42,321 bases of DNA from an uncultured Bacilli bacterium (GCA_944351375.1 CALVPN010000001.1:1-42321); one strand, 5' to 3'; positions 26,093 through 34,866 are shown, numbered from the stretch's first letter. Numbers and translations: made by a program. Notes: generated from the letters alone by a model not told the origin.

Positions 26093-26121
26093 ACTATATC
26101 ATAATTATTACATTTATGCAA
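26093..26121 (-). promoter_or_regulatory. Minus-strand promoter (TTGCAT-17-TATAGT)
   Basis: Minus strand: TTGCAT (26121-26116), 17-nt spacer, TATAGT (26098-26093). Confidence 0.45.
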
Positions 26122-26123
26122 AT

Positions 26124-27119
26124 TTATTTTTGCACAACTAGTGATACATCTTTAAAGTAATAATTTAATATTTGTTTATAGTTATAACCTAACTCTGATA
26201 GATTATCTGCCCCTATAATACTTAGTCCTAAACCACTACCTATTCCTCTTGTTATGAAAGTAAGATAATCTTTCTTAATAATTATAGTAATATCTGTTGA
26301 TGGTAAATCTAAATAGACTGCTAGACTTCTAGCATCTATTTTTCTTTCTCCTAAGTCTAACTCTTTTATTCTATTAGAGTTACTTATACTAGTAATCTTT
26401 ATATTAAAATTATCACTTTTTAAATTTAATCTTTCTTTAAATTCTTTAATACTGAAGTTTTTTCTTTGTAAATAATTTGGGTATGCTAAGTCCCAGAGAC
26501 TTTCTTTTTTTACAGTGTAAGGGATACTCTTATCTTCTTCGGTATAACCATTACTAACTAAGTGAGTAAAACATTTAATAGGTTTTCCATTATTAATTAA
26601 ATATTCCCCATCAGTTTTATCTATTACTTTGTTAAATATCTCAAACTTTGATTTGTAGGTTTCAGGATAAGTGACTTTATAATAATTATAGTTATGATAA
26701 GATAAAGATAGTTTATTTATATCTAAATAATTGCTATTTAAATTATAAATTATTTCTCCTCTATATAAAACTGTTAAAGCTTTTAAAGTTTCTTCTCTTA
26801 AAGAGATATTTATATTGCTGAATAGTAAACTTAATAGAATTTCTTTTAAAGTCATTTTTTCTTTAGTGTTAAGAGTAATTAAATAATTATTTAAGTAAGT
26901 CTTGTTATTTTCGATAGTAATTATTTTAGTACTAATACCATTTACAATAAATACTATCTTATTACCATTAAAATTAATATCATGAGTAACTAAATAATTT
27001 CTAGCTTTCTTTTCTAAGTCATCTTCTTCTAAATCTTCACCGAACTCATAATCGACGTTTAAATATAAATATAATATTTCTTCATTACCACTTTTTGCAA
27101 TCTTATAACTTTCTAACAT
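26124..27119 (-). CDS. Divergent SpoIID/LytB-domain protein
   Basis: Collinear with B. subtilis SpoIID blocks. EETLKALTVLYRGE corresponds to EALKAQALAARTF. VSNGYTEE corresponds to STSNGYTEN. LPSTDITI corresponds to LRSTDFTI. GIGSGLGLSIIGA corresponds to GFGHGVGMSQYGA. ILNYYFKDV corresponds to IVKYYYQGT. No N-terminal TM or signal peptide. Confidence 0.65.
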   Translation of the reverse strand: MLESYKIAKSGNEEILYLYLNVDYEFGEDLEEDDLEKKARNYLVTHDINFNGNKIVFIVNGISTKIITIENNKTYLNNYLITLNTKEKMTLKEILLSLLFSNINISLREETLKALTVLYRGEIIYNLNSNYLDINKLSLSYHNYNYYKVTYPETYKSKFEIFNKVIDKTDGEYLINNGKPIKCFTHLVSNGYTEEDKSIPYTVKKESLWDLAYPNYLQRKNFSIKEFKERLNLKSDNFNIKITSISNSNRIKELDLGERKIDARSLAVYLDLPSTDITIIIKKDYLTFITRGIGSGLGLSIIGADNLSELGYNYKQILNYYFKDVSLVVQK

Positions 27120-27158
27120 ATTATCACCTATTTATATAGTGATATGTTAGATATAGTT

Positions 27159-28133
27159 TTATTCAAAATATTTTAATTTATTTTTATTATTACAGTCTTT
27201 TCCTGTTAAGTATGAGTAATTTTTAAAGACATTTTTTAAATTAATCTTTTTAGTGTCCTTTAAATAACTATTAACATCAGTGATAATTTTCTTGCAATCT
27301 TTTAAGGCGATAGAATATAATTCTATAAAAGATTCAGTATGTTTTTCACGTTTTAGACAAGGATGAATCCAAGGAGTATGATTGGTATTTAAATAATTAA
27401 ATTCATCTTTTAATGGGGTATGATAAGAGACTGCTTGTAACTTAAAAGTTTTATCACTAGTAAATTTATCTACAGTTTTATAACAGAACATTTTTATTCC
27501 ATATTTATCATATCTTAAATACTTTAAGGCTTTGTACATATCTTTTAATGATTTGTAATAATATTTAGAAAAGTCATTAAAATTAAAAGTCTCTTTAAAA
27601 GCATAATCAATTACTTCTATTAACTCTTTAGAAAAGGGGGTAAGATCAAAAGTATAATCATAAAACTTAAAATTATATGGAGTTATATTCTCTCTTTGCT
27701 TAATCATGTAATTATCTAGAAATGTTTCCATATATTCGTGTTTATTTCGATATTTATAAGTATTAGGATCGCTTTCATCTACTATACCAGTTTTATAAAT
27801 TATATAGGGGTGAAGTTTAGAGTCTAGGGAGTAGTGAGCGATAAAACCATAAAGAAAAGCCATTACTTCACTATTTTGATAATAATTATTATATTTTATA
27901 TAATTGACTAAATTAATAAAAAACTCTCTTGATTTATTTGTATGAAAATATTCTTGAAAGTCTCTTATATGTTTATCTTTCTTTTTAAGTAGATTATAAA
28001 AAATAAAAGAATCTGTACTTTGAGAGAACATTCTTAATCTCTTTTTTTCATCCATTAATAACTTTTTTAGACCAATAGGAAGTATGTCATAAAGGTCATT
28101 TGCAAAGTAAACATGAGTAACAGTTGCAGGCAT
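27159..28133 (-). CDS. Zinc-dependent phospholipase C-like family protein
   Basis: The N-terminal MPATVTHVYFA and the internal GFIAHYSLDSKLHPYI resemble the conserved His-containing blocks of this family. Lies upstream of the SpoIID-like gene and is co-oriented with it. Confidence 0.55.
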   Translation of the reverse strand: MPATVTHVYFANDLYDILPIGLKKLLMDEKKRLRMFSQSTDSFIFYNLLKKKDKHIRDFQEYFHTNKSREFFINLVNYIKYNNYYQNSEVMAFLYGFIAHYSLDSKLHPYIIYKTGIVDESDPNTYKYRNKHEYMETFLDNYMIKQRENITPYNFKFYDYTFDLTPFSKELIEVIDYAFKETFNFNDFSKYYYKSLKDMYKALKYLRYDKYGIKMFCYKTVDKFTSDKTFKLQAVSYHTPLKDEFNYLNTNHTPWIHPCLKREKHTESFIELYSIALKDCKKIITDVNSYLKDTKKINLKNVFKNYSYLTGKDCNNKNKLKYFE

Positions 28134-28243
28134 AGTCTATAATCAATCCTTTCTACTTTTTTTAGTATAACATAATTTTTCATGAAAATATCATATTTTT
28201 TACATAAATAATGTGATATAATTTATTCTAGGTGAGGAAGAAG

Positions 28244-29212
28244 ATGATAGATAAGCAGTTTAAGAATCTTGAAGAACAAATAGAAATACTTAAATATAAG
28301 GGTATGACTATTACTGATGAAGATTATGTTAAGAAAGTACTTTTGAGAGAGAATTATTTCTTTTTATCTGGTTATAGATATCCTTTTATGAGAAGTATGA
28401 CTGATAAGCATTTCTTAGAAGGGGTTACTTTTGAAGAAATGTATAGCCTATTCTTATTTGATAGGGCGATTAGAAATGTATTTTTTAAATACTTACTTGT
28501 TATTGAGAATAACTTAAAATCTATATTTTCTTATCAATTATCTAAAAAGTATGGATATAAAGATAAGTATTATTTGAAAGCTAGAAACTTTACTAGTGAT
28601 AAAAATAGACAAAAACAAGTTAATGATTTAATTAAGAAAATGAAGAGGCAAATTAGAATTAATGGAAGTCAACATACAGCGACTGCTCATTATATGTCTA
28701 ATTATGGTTATGTTCCACTTTGGATTTTAGTTAAAGTTTTATCTTTTGGAATAGTTGGCGAATTATTTTCAGTGATGAAATATGATGATCAAGTAGGTAT
28801 TTGTAAGATTTACGATATACCAGTAAATGAGTTTAGTAATTATTTGCCAATACTTTCTAATTATCGTAATTTGTGTGCTCATGAAGATATTTTATATGAA
28901 AATAGAACTCAGAAGAAGATTAAAGGTACAAGATTTCATGAGATACTTGGATTAGAAAAAGATGAGGAAGGTTATTATACTAAGGGGACTAATGATTTAT
29001 TTGCACTTCTTATTATAATGAAAAGAATGTTATCTCATGATGAATTTAAGGATATGTGCTTAGAACTAAAAAAGAGAATTGATAATCTTGATTATAATTT
29101 GCATAGTATTAAAATAGATAAAATATTAGATAGGATGGGATTCCCTGTTAATTATATGGAACTTGCTAATGTTGAAAGGAGATATGTAAATGATGAAAGC
29201 AGAGCGAATTAA
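28244..29212 (+). CDS. Abi_2 (AbiD/AbiF-like) abortive-infection protein, HEPN superfamily
   Basis: Typical N-terminus (FKNLEEQIEILKYKGMTI.DEDYVKKVL...NYFFLSGY) and the HEPN Rx4-6H-type motif in SNYRNLCAHEDILY. The ATG at 28244 lies after AGGTGAGGAAG. A TGaTATAAT extended -10 lies upstream (~28214-28222). Confidence 0.85.
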   Translation: MIDKQFKNLEEQIEILKYKGMTITDEDYVKKVLLRENYFFLSGYRYPFMRSMTDKHFLEGVTFEEMYSLFLFDRAIRNVFFKYLLVIENNLKSIFSYQLSKKYGYKDKYYLKARNFTSDKNRQKQVNDLIKKMKRQIRINGSQHTATAHYMSNYGYVPLWILVKVLSFGIVGELFSVMKYDDQVGICKIYDIPVNEFSNYLPILSNYRNLCAHEDILYENRTQKKIKGTRFHEILGLEKDEEGYYTKGTNDLFALLIIMKRMLSHDEFKDMCLELKKRIDNLDYNLHSIKIDKILDRMGFPVNYMELANVERRYVNDESRAN

Positions 29213-30311
29213 AGAAGCGGTACTTATAATTGTATCTTTTGTAATAGGTGGTGTTTTAACCTTTGTGATTATAGGAGGAGATGATGTAGGTAGTGATAAT
29301 AAGTCTACTACTAGTAGTGGCTTAACTTGTAGTTCAGCTGATTGTACAAAAGTAGTTGTTGATGAGTCTGGTATTAGTGAAGCGGTTGAGAAAGTTTATG
29401 ATGGAGTATTGATGGTTCGTAATTATCAAAAAGATGAAGTTGCATCTACTGGTACAGGTTTTGTTTATAAAATTGAAGGAGACTATGCTTATGTTATGAC
29501 TAATCAACATGTAGTAGATGGTGCTGAACGTATAACTTTAATTACTTCTAAAGATGAAGAGATAGAAGGTGAAGTATTAGGAGGAGACTCTTACGTTGAT
29601 ATAGCTGTTATTAAAATTAAGAAAACAGATAGTTTAGTAACTTTACAACTTGGAAATAGTGAAAATGCTAGTTTAGGAGACTTGGTATTTACAGTTGGTA
29701 GTCCTTTAGGTTATGAATATAGAGGTAGTGTTTCTACAGGACATTTAGCAGGTAAAGATAGATTAGTTAGTGTTAGTACAGATAATTCTACTAGTAGTGA
29801 CTGGGTTATGAAAGTGTTACAAACTGATGCAGCGATTAATCCTGGAAACAGTGGTGGACCTTTAATGAATACTAATGGTGAAGTTATTGGGGTTATTTCT
29901 ATGAAACTTGTTCAAACAGAAGTTGAAGGTATGGGATTTGCTATTCCTATAGAATATATTAACAGTAAGATAGAAACGCTTGAAAAAGGTGAATCTATAG
30001 AATGGCCATTATTAGGTGTTTCTATGATTAATGTTAGTGATGCTAAGAGATCTTATAGATATGATTTTGATATACCTAATGAGATAAAGAGTGGTGTTGT
30101 GGTTGCAGGAATAGAAGCAGGAAGCGGAGCTGAGTCATCTGACCTTAAAGAAGGAGATATTATAACTAAACTTAATGGTAAAGAAGTAGTTGATTCTGCT
30201 TATTTAAGATATGAACTTTATAAATACTCTGCAGGTGATACAATAGAGATAACTTATATAAGAGCGGGTAAAGAGCATACTACTAAAGTGGTATTGAGCA
30301 AAAGTAAGTAA
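29190..30311 (+). CDS. htrA: HtrA/DegP-family serine protease (TM anchor, trypsin-like domain, PDZ)
   Basis: Catalytic blocks TNQHVV, D in SYVDIAVIK, and GNSGGPL. C-terminal PDZ (GDIITKLNGKEV). AAAGGAG lies before the ATG. The start is embedded 23 nt inside the Abi_2 3' end. Confidence 0.9.
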   Translation: MMKAERIKEAVLIIVSFVIGGVLTFVIIGGDDVGSDNKSTTSSGLTCSSADCTKVVVDESGISEAVEKVYDGVLMVRNYQKDEVASTGTGFVYKIEGDYAYVMTNQHVVDGAERITLITSKDEEIEGEVLGGDSYVDIAVIKIKKTDSLVTLQLGNSENASLGDLVFTVGSPLGYEYRGSVSTGHLAGKDRLVSVSTDNSTSSDWVMKVLQTDAAINPGNSGGPLMNTNGEVIGVISMKLVQTEVEGMGFAIPIEYINSKIETLEKGESIEWPLLGVSMINVSDAKRSYRYDFDIPNEIKSGVVVAGIEAGSGAESSDLKEGDIITKLNGKEVVDSAYLRYELYKYSAGDTIEITYIRAGKEHTTKVVLSKSK

Positions 30312-30325
30312 TTAATATAATAAAA

Positions 30326-30352
30326 GGAGTCTTAATTAATCTTAAGAACTCC
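30326..30352. terminator. Hairpin between convergent htrA and nrdD-like genes
   Basis: GGAGTCTTAA pairs with TTAAGAACTCC with a 1-nt bulge. Overlaps the stop of the minus-strand gene. Confidence 0.5.
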
Positions 30353-32293
30353 TATATTATTATCTAAACAATTAAGAATTAGATTATCTAGTTCTTTTTT
30401 TGTTTTAATTTTTACTTTATAAATAGATCCACCTTTACATTTATTCTGTAAATAGCTTATATCTTTTAAATCATTACTAAAACTGTTAGAATCACTATAG
30501 CTAAGTTTGTCTGTAATATTCTTTAACTTACCATAAATTGCTGTATCTTGTTTTTTAAACTCTATTTTAATATCATTAGTAATAATTGTTGATAAAGTAA
30601 AGTTTAAATTATTATCATCACTTATTTTATCTATTTTTTTAGACATGTACCTTATAATATCTCTTGCTAGATCAATATGTTTACTCTCATCTTTTTCGAG
30701 AGCATATAGTACTTCTTTTAAGCCACAAAAAGATATTGTTAAAGTTCCATGTTTTAATAATTTTCTTAATCTATCATTTTCTTTAACTTTCTCTCCATCG
30801 TGCCATAATCCTTCCTCATAAAGGTAAGGAAAGTTAGTGCTTTTTCTTGTACAATCTATTTCAAATCTTTCTAGTAGAGCATCTTTAGCAAGATTAATTA
30901 GTTTATCTAATTCTTGATAAAAACCTCTTATATTAGATTCTTTATTTAATAAATAACTATTCTTTAAGGCAATTCTTACAATATTGATAGATATGCTAGC
31001 AATGTTACCTTTGCCTGTTGATAGTTTTTTTATGGAAGTAGTATTATCTTCTATAACTCTTTCTCCATTCTTGAAGTAGCATGCTTCTTCATCTTTTAAA
31101 TTATTAAAACCTTCTAAAAATATAAAACTAAAATTATTTCTTTTTAAACTTATATCTTTATATTTTTCTAGTAGATAATTGTCTTTATTACTCTTTTTGA
31201 TTTTAAAGTAGTACTCTATATTGTTAGAATTTATACTAGCATTAATAATACTTTCAATTATTAATTTAGATTTACTTGTTCCAAAATTAATACTTATATG
31301 TATAAATATTAACTCTTTAAAGAAAATATTAAGATACTTAGTTAAATTGTTTTCTAATTTTTTCTTAGCGGCTTCTCTAATACTATTAAAATTAACTTCT
31401 AGATTCCTAGAGTCTTTATAGTAATTATAAAAGCAATCTTCATCGATATCTTTTATTAAATTAATATCATCTTTAATCTTTTCTATAGATATAAGAGTAT
31501 CTAAATTACTTGTCTTTAGATATATTTTTAAATAAGTTAAAAGAATATCTTTATAGCTTTTTAAAGTTATTTCTTCTAAGTCTTTATCAAATGTTGATAA
31601 AGCGATAGAACCATACAATTCTTTTTTTAAATTAAATATAGTTATTTTTATAATGCTCAAATATTCTTCTATGCTATTGGCATTAATTAATTTTTCTTTT
31701 AGCTTAGTATTAGTTTCAATATAATCAGTAAAACTTATTTCTAGGCTATCCATTTCACCCATAGGCATAGTTTCAAGTGAATCTATATAGATTAGTCCGC
31801 TATCATGGCATCTAGAACTTTTATTATCTAAGAGATAGGCTTTGGCAAATTCTGTTGAAATGGTATCTCCAAAACGCTTTAGAGTAGTTTCTGGCTGTTC
31901 TTTTTCATTATTTAAATTGTCAAGTCCTAAAAACTCTATAGCTTTTAAAAATTTATGTTGTCTTTTAATAACAAATGTTTTTCTTGAAGCGTTTCTCTTA
32001 TCACGATAACTTTTAAATGCTTCATAAACATCGGGTAGTTTTTCGTTTTTTAAAGTTAGTTCAATAATATCTTGAATATTTTCGATGTTAATAGTTTTTC
32101 TATCTTTGTATTCTATTTCTATTTCTTTTAAAACCTTGGAATATATTTTGTTTACATCTTCATCTTTATAGGGAATATCTATAGAACTAAATGCTTTTTG
32201 GATTGCGATTGCAATTTTTTCTCCTTGAAAGTTAGTTCTTTGTCCACTTCTTTTAACGACAACTAAAGTGTCAAATAAATTTTTATTTGTCAT
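30332..32293 (-). CDS. ATP-cone protein with a degenerate class III RNR (NrdD-like) core, lacking the Zn-ribbon and glycyl-radical C-terminus
   Basis: ATG at 32293, 5 nt after AAGGTGA. The GTG at 32302 lies inside the SD. The ATP-cone is LVVVKRSGQRTNFQGEKIAIAIQKAF. Blocks collinear with the adjacent true NrdD: GKGNIASISINIVRIALK matches GRFNIGAISLNLPMILAK, TISFCGLKEVLYAL matches SFGITALNELQELY, SNSF matches SNSF, and GGSIYKVKI...NNIGVLKIN matches GGRIQYVRY...KGFYEGVNL. The protein stops where NrdD continues into CxxC...CxxC and RMNGY. Confidence 0.78.
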   Translation of the reverse strand: MTNKNLFDTLVVVKRSGQRTNFQGEKIAIAIQKAFSSIDIPYKDEDVNKIYSKVLKEIEIEYKDRKTINIENIQDIIELTLKNEKLPDVYEAFKSYRDKRNASRKTFVIKRQHKFLKAIEFLGLDNLNNEKEQPETTLKRFGDTISTEFAKAYLLDNKSSRCHDSGLIYIDSLETMPMGEMDSLEISFTDYIETNTKLKEKLINANSIEEYLSIIKITIFNLKKELYGSIALSTFDKDLEEITLKSYKDILLTYLKIYLKTSNLDTLISIEKIKDDINLIKDIDEDCFYNYYKDSRNLEVNFNSIREAAKKKLENNLTKYLNIFFKELIFIHISINFGTSKSKLIIESIINASINSNNIEYYFKIKKSNKDNYLLEKYKDISLKRNNFSFIFLEGFNNLKDEEACYFKNGERVIEDNTTSIKKLSTGKGNIASISINIVRIALKNSYLLNKESNIRGFYQELDKLINLAKDALLERFEIDCTRKSTNFPYLYEEGLWHDGEKVKENDRLRKLLKHGTLTISFCGLKEVLYALEKDESKHIDLARDIIRYMSKKIDKISDDNNLNFTLSTIITNDIKIEFKKQDTAIYGKLKNITDKLSYSDSNSFSNDLKDISYLQNKCKGGSIYKVKIKTKKELDNLILNCLDNNIGVLKIN

Positions 32294-32322
32294 AAAATTC
32301 ACCTTTTTTCTTCTTTGTTTTA

Positions 32323-32351
32323 ATTATATCTTTAATTCCTTGTAAAATCAA
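32323..32351 (-). promoter_or_regulatory. Consensus promoter for the nrdD-like gene (TTGATT-17-TATAAT)
   Basis: Minus strand: TTGATT (32351-32346), 17-nt spacer, TATAAT (32328-32323). Confidence 0.6.
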
Positions 32352-32589
32352 TGTTTCTGAATATTTTTATAAAAAAATATTAAAAAAAACATTTCGCAGT
32401 CATTTTCACTGAAAGATAACTAAATCCTTTTGTTTCAAGGGTTTGTGCCCTTTTCACAAAGTGTTCGATGTTAATTTTATAAATGTTTTTTTTAGTGTAA
32501 AATAAATATTTTTTAATAAAAAATACTTTATTTTTTTTAAAACTATGCTTATAATCAAATTATCACGATAAGAAGGAAGGTATGAGGTA

Positions 32590-34866
32590 ATGACAAAGAC
32601 AAAAACGAAAGTAGTAAATGAAAAAAGAATTAATGTTGATGCTATTGACGAAGATAATGGTAGCAACGGGGGTAATAGAAGAAATAAAACTCTTACTAAT
32701 AAGGTTGAAAAAAGAAAGAAAGAGCATAAATTTGATAATCCACGAATTAATATCATTAAAAAGAATGGTACAAGACAGGCTTTTGATGGTAATAAGATAA
32801 GAAGTGCGATTGAAAAAAGTGCAGAAAGAGTTATGGTTGATCTTACTGAAGATGCAAAAGATGAGGTGGTTAATCTTGTAATTGATATGTTAAAAAATCA
32901 AACAAGTGATGCTGAGGTTAATCAAATTCATAACTGTGTAGAAGCAGCACTTGAACAAGTTAATCCTTTAGTTGCTAAAAGTTATAGAGAGTATCGTAAC
33001 TATAAGAATGATTTTGTACATATTTTAGATAAAGTATATAAGAAAGCACAAGCGATTAATTATATTGGTGATAAGGAAAACTCTAATACTGATAGTGCTT
33101 TAGTTTCTACACAAAGAAGTTTAGTATATGGAAATCTTAATAAAGAACTTTATAAAAAATTCTTCTTAACTAAAGCAGAGATTGAGGCTTGTGAAGACGG
33201 ATATATATATATTCATGATATGAGTGCACGAAGAGATACAATGAATTGTTGTTTATGTGATGTTGGAACTGTTATGAAAGATGGTTTTGAAATGGGTAAT
33301 CTTTGGTATAATGAACCTAAAACATTAGATACAGCTTTTGATGTTATGGGCGATGTTATCATTAATACAGCAGCAATGCAATATGGTGGATTTACTGTTC
33401 CTGAAGTAGATACAATACTTACTCCTTATGCAAAGAAAAGTTATAATAAGTTTTATGATGAATATATGGAAATTACTGGCGGAGTTGATCCTAAAAAGGC
33501 AGAAGAGTATGCTTGGAAGAAAACAAGACGTGAATGTGAGCAAGGATATCAAGGTATTGAATATAAACTTAATAGTGTTGGTTCTTCTCGTGGTGATTAT
33601 CCATTTGTTACATTTACTTTTGGTGTAGAACAAGATCCTTATGGGCAGATGATAGCTGAAATTATTTTAAAAACACATATGAAAGGTCAAGGTAAACCTG
33701 GATTTAGAAAACCAACATTATTTCCTAAACTAGTATTTTTATATGATAAGAATTTACACGGTGAAGGTAAGAAAATGGCTTCTTTATTTGATACAGCTTT
33801 AGAGTGTAGTAGTAAGACAATGTATCCTGATTATTTATCACTAACTGGAGAAGGATATGTTCCAGAGATGTATAAGAAATATGGACGTATTGTCAGTCCA
33901 ATGGGGTGCCGTGCTTTCCTTTCTCCTTGGTTTGAACGTGGAGGAATGGAGCCTGCAGATGATGATGATAAACCTATATTTATTGGTAGATTTAATATTG
34001 GGGCTATATCATTAAACTTACCTATGATACTTGCTAAAGCAAGAGAAGAGCAAAAAGATTTTTATGAAGTTTTAGATTATTATCTTGAAATGATTAGAAA
34101 AGTTCATATTAGAACAAGAGATTATCTTGCTAAAAAGAAAGCTTCTACTAATCCACTTGCTTATTGTGAAGGAGGTTTTTATGGAGGTCATTTAAAACCT
34201 AATGAACCAATAGAACCAATATTAAAATCATCAACCGCATCTTTTGGAATTACAGCTTTAAATGAATTACAAGAATTGTATAATGGTAAGAGTCTAGTTC
34301 AAGATGGTGCTTTCGCTTTAGAGGTTATGAAATATATCAATGAAAAGATTCAGAAATTTAAAAAAGAAGATAATATTCTTTATGCGATATATGGAACACC
34401 AGCAGAATCTTTATGCGGTACGCAAGTAGAACAATTTAGAAAGAAATATGGCATAGTCAAAGGGGTATCTGATAGAGAATATGTTTCTAATAGTTTCCAC
34501 TGTGCAGTTTGGGAAGACATTAGTGGTATTCAAAAACAGGACTTAGAAGGAAGATTCTGGGATTTATTTAGAGGTGGAAGAATTCAGTACGTTAGATATA
34601 ATTTAAACTATAATGATAAAGCGATGAGAACCTATGTAGAAAGAGCGATGGATAAAGGTTTCTATGAAGGTGTTAATCTAGCATTATCATATTGTAATAA
34701 CTGTGGACATCAAGAGTTAGACATGGATGTTTGTCCAAAATGTGGTAGTAGTGATTTAACTAAAATAGATAGAATGAATGGATATCTTTCATATTCTAGA
34801 GTTCATGGAGATACAAGACTTAATAAAGCTAAAATGGCAGAGATTGCTGAAAGGAAGTCTATGTAG
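32590..34866 (+). CDS. nrdD: Anaerobic ribonucleoside-triphosphate reductase (class III)
   Basis: ATP-cone (INIIKKNGTRQAFDGNKIRSAIEKS), MNCCL, the active-site loop SPMGCRAFLSP, TPAESL, a C-terminal Zn site (CNNCGH...CPKCGS) and the glycyl-radical motif DRMNGYLSY. 758 aa, including a basic extension of about 50 aa before the ATP-cone. Confidence 0.95.
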   Translation: MTKTKTKVVNEKRINVDAIDEDNGSNGGNRRNKTLTNKVEKRKKEHKFDNPRINIIKKNGTRQAFDGNKIRSAIEKSAERVMVDLTEDAKDEVVNLVIDMLKNQTSDAEVNQIHNCVEAALEQVNPLVAKSYREYRNYKNDFVHILDKVYKKAQAINYIGDKENSNTDSALVSTQRSLVYGNLNKELYKKFFLTKAEIEACEDGYIYIHDMSARRDTMNCCLCDVGTVMKDGFEMGNLWYNEPKTLDTAFDVMGDVIINTAAMQYGGFTVPEVDTILTPYAKKSYNKFYDEYMEITGGVDPKKAEEYAWKKTRRECEQGYQGIEYKLNSVGSSRGDYPFVTFTFGVEQDPYGQMIAEIILKTHMKGQGKPGFRKPTLFPKLVFLYDKNLHGEGKKMASLFDTALECSSKTMYPDYLSLTGEGYVPEMYKKYGRIVSPMGCRAFLSPWFERGGMEPADDDDKPIFIGRFNIGAISLNLPMILAKAREEQKDFYEVLDYYLEMIRKVHIRTRDYLAKKKASTNPLAYCEGGFYGGHLKPNEPIEPILKSSTASFGITALNELQELYNGKSLVQDGAFALEVMKYINEKIQKFKKEDNILYAIYGTPAESLCGTQVEQFRKKYGIVKGVSDREYVSNSFHCAVWEDISGIQKQDLEGRFWDLFRGGRIQYVRYNLNYNDKAMRTYVERAMDKGFYEGVNLALSYCNNCGHQELDMDVCPKCGSSDLTKIDRMNGYLSYSRVHGDTRLNKAKMAEIAERKSM

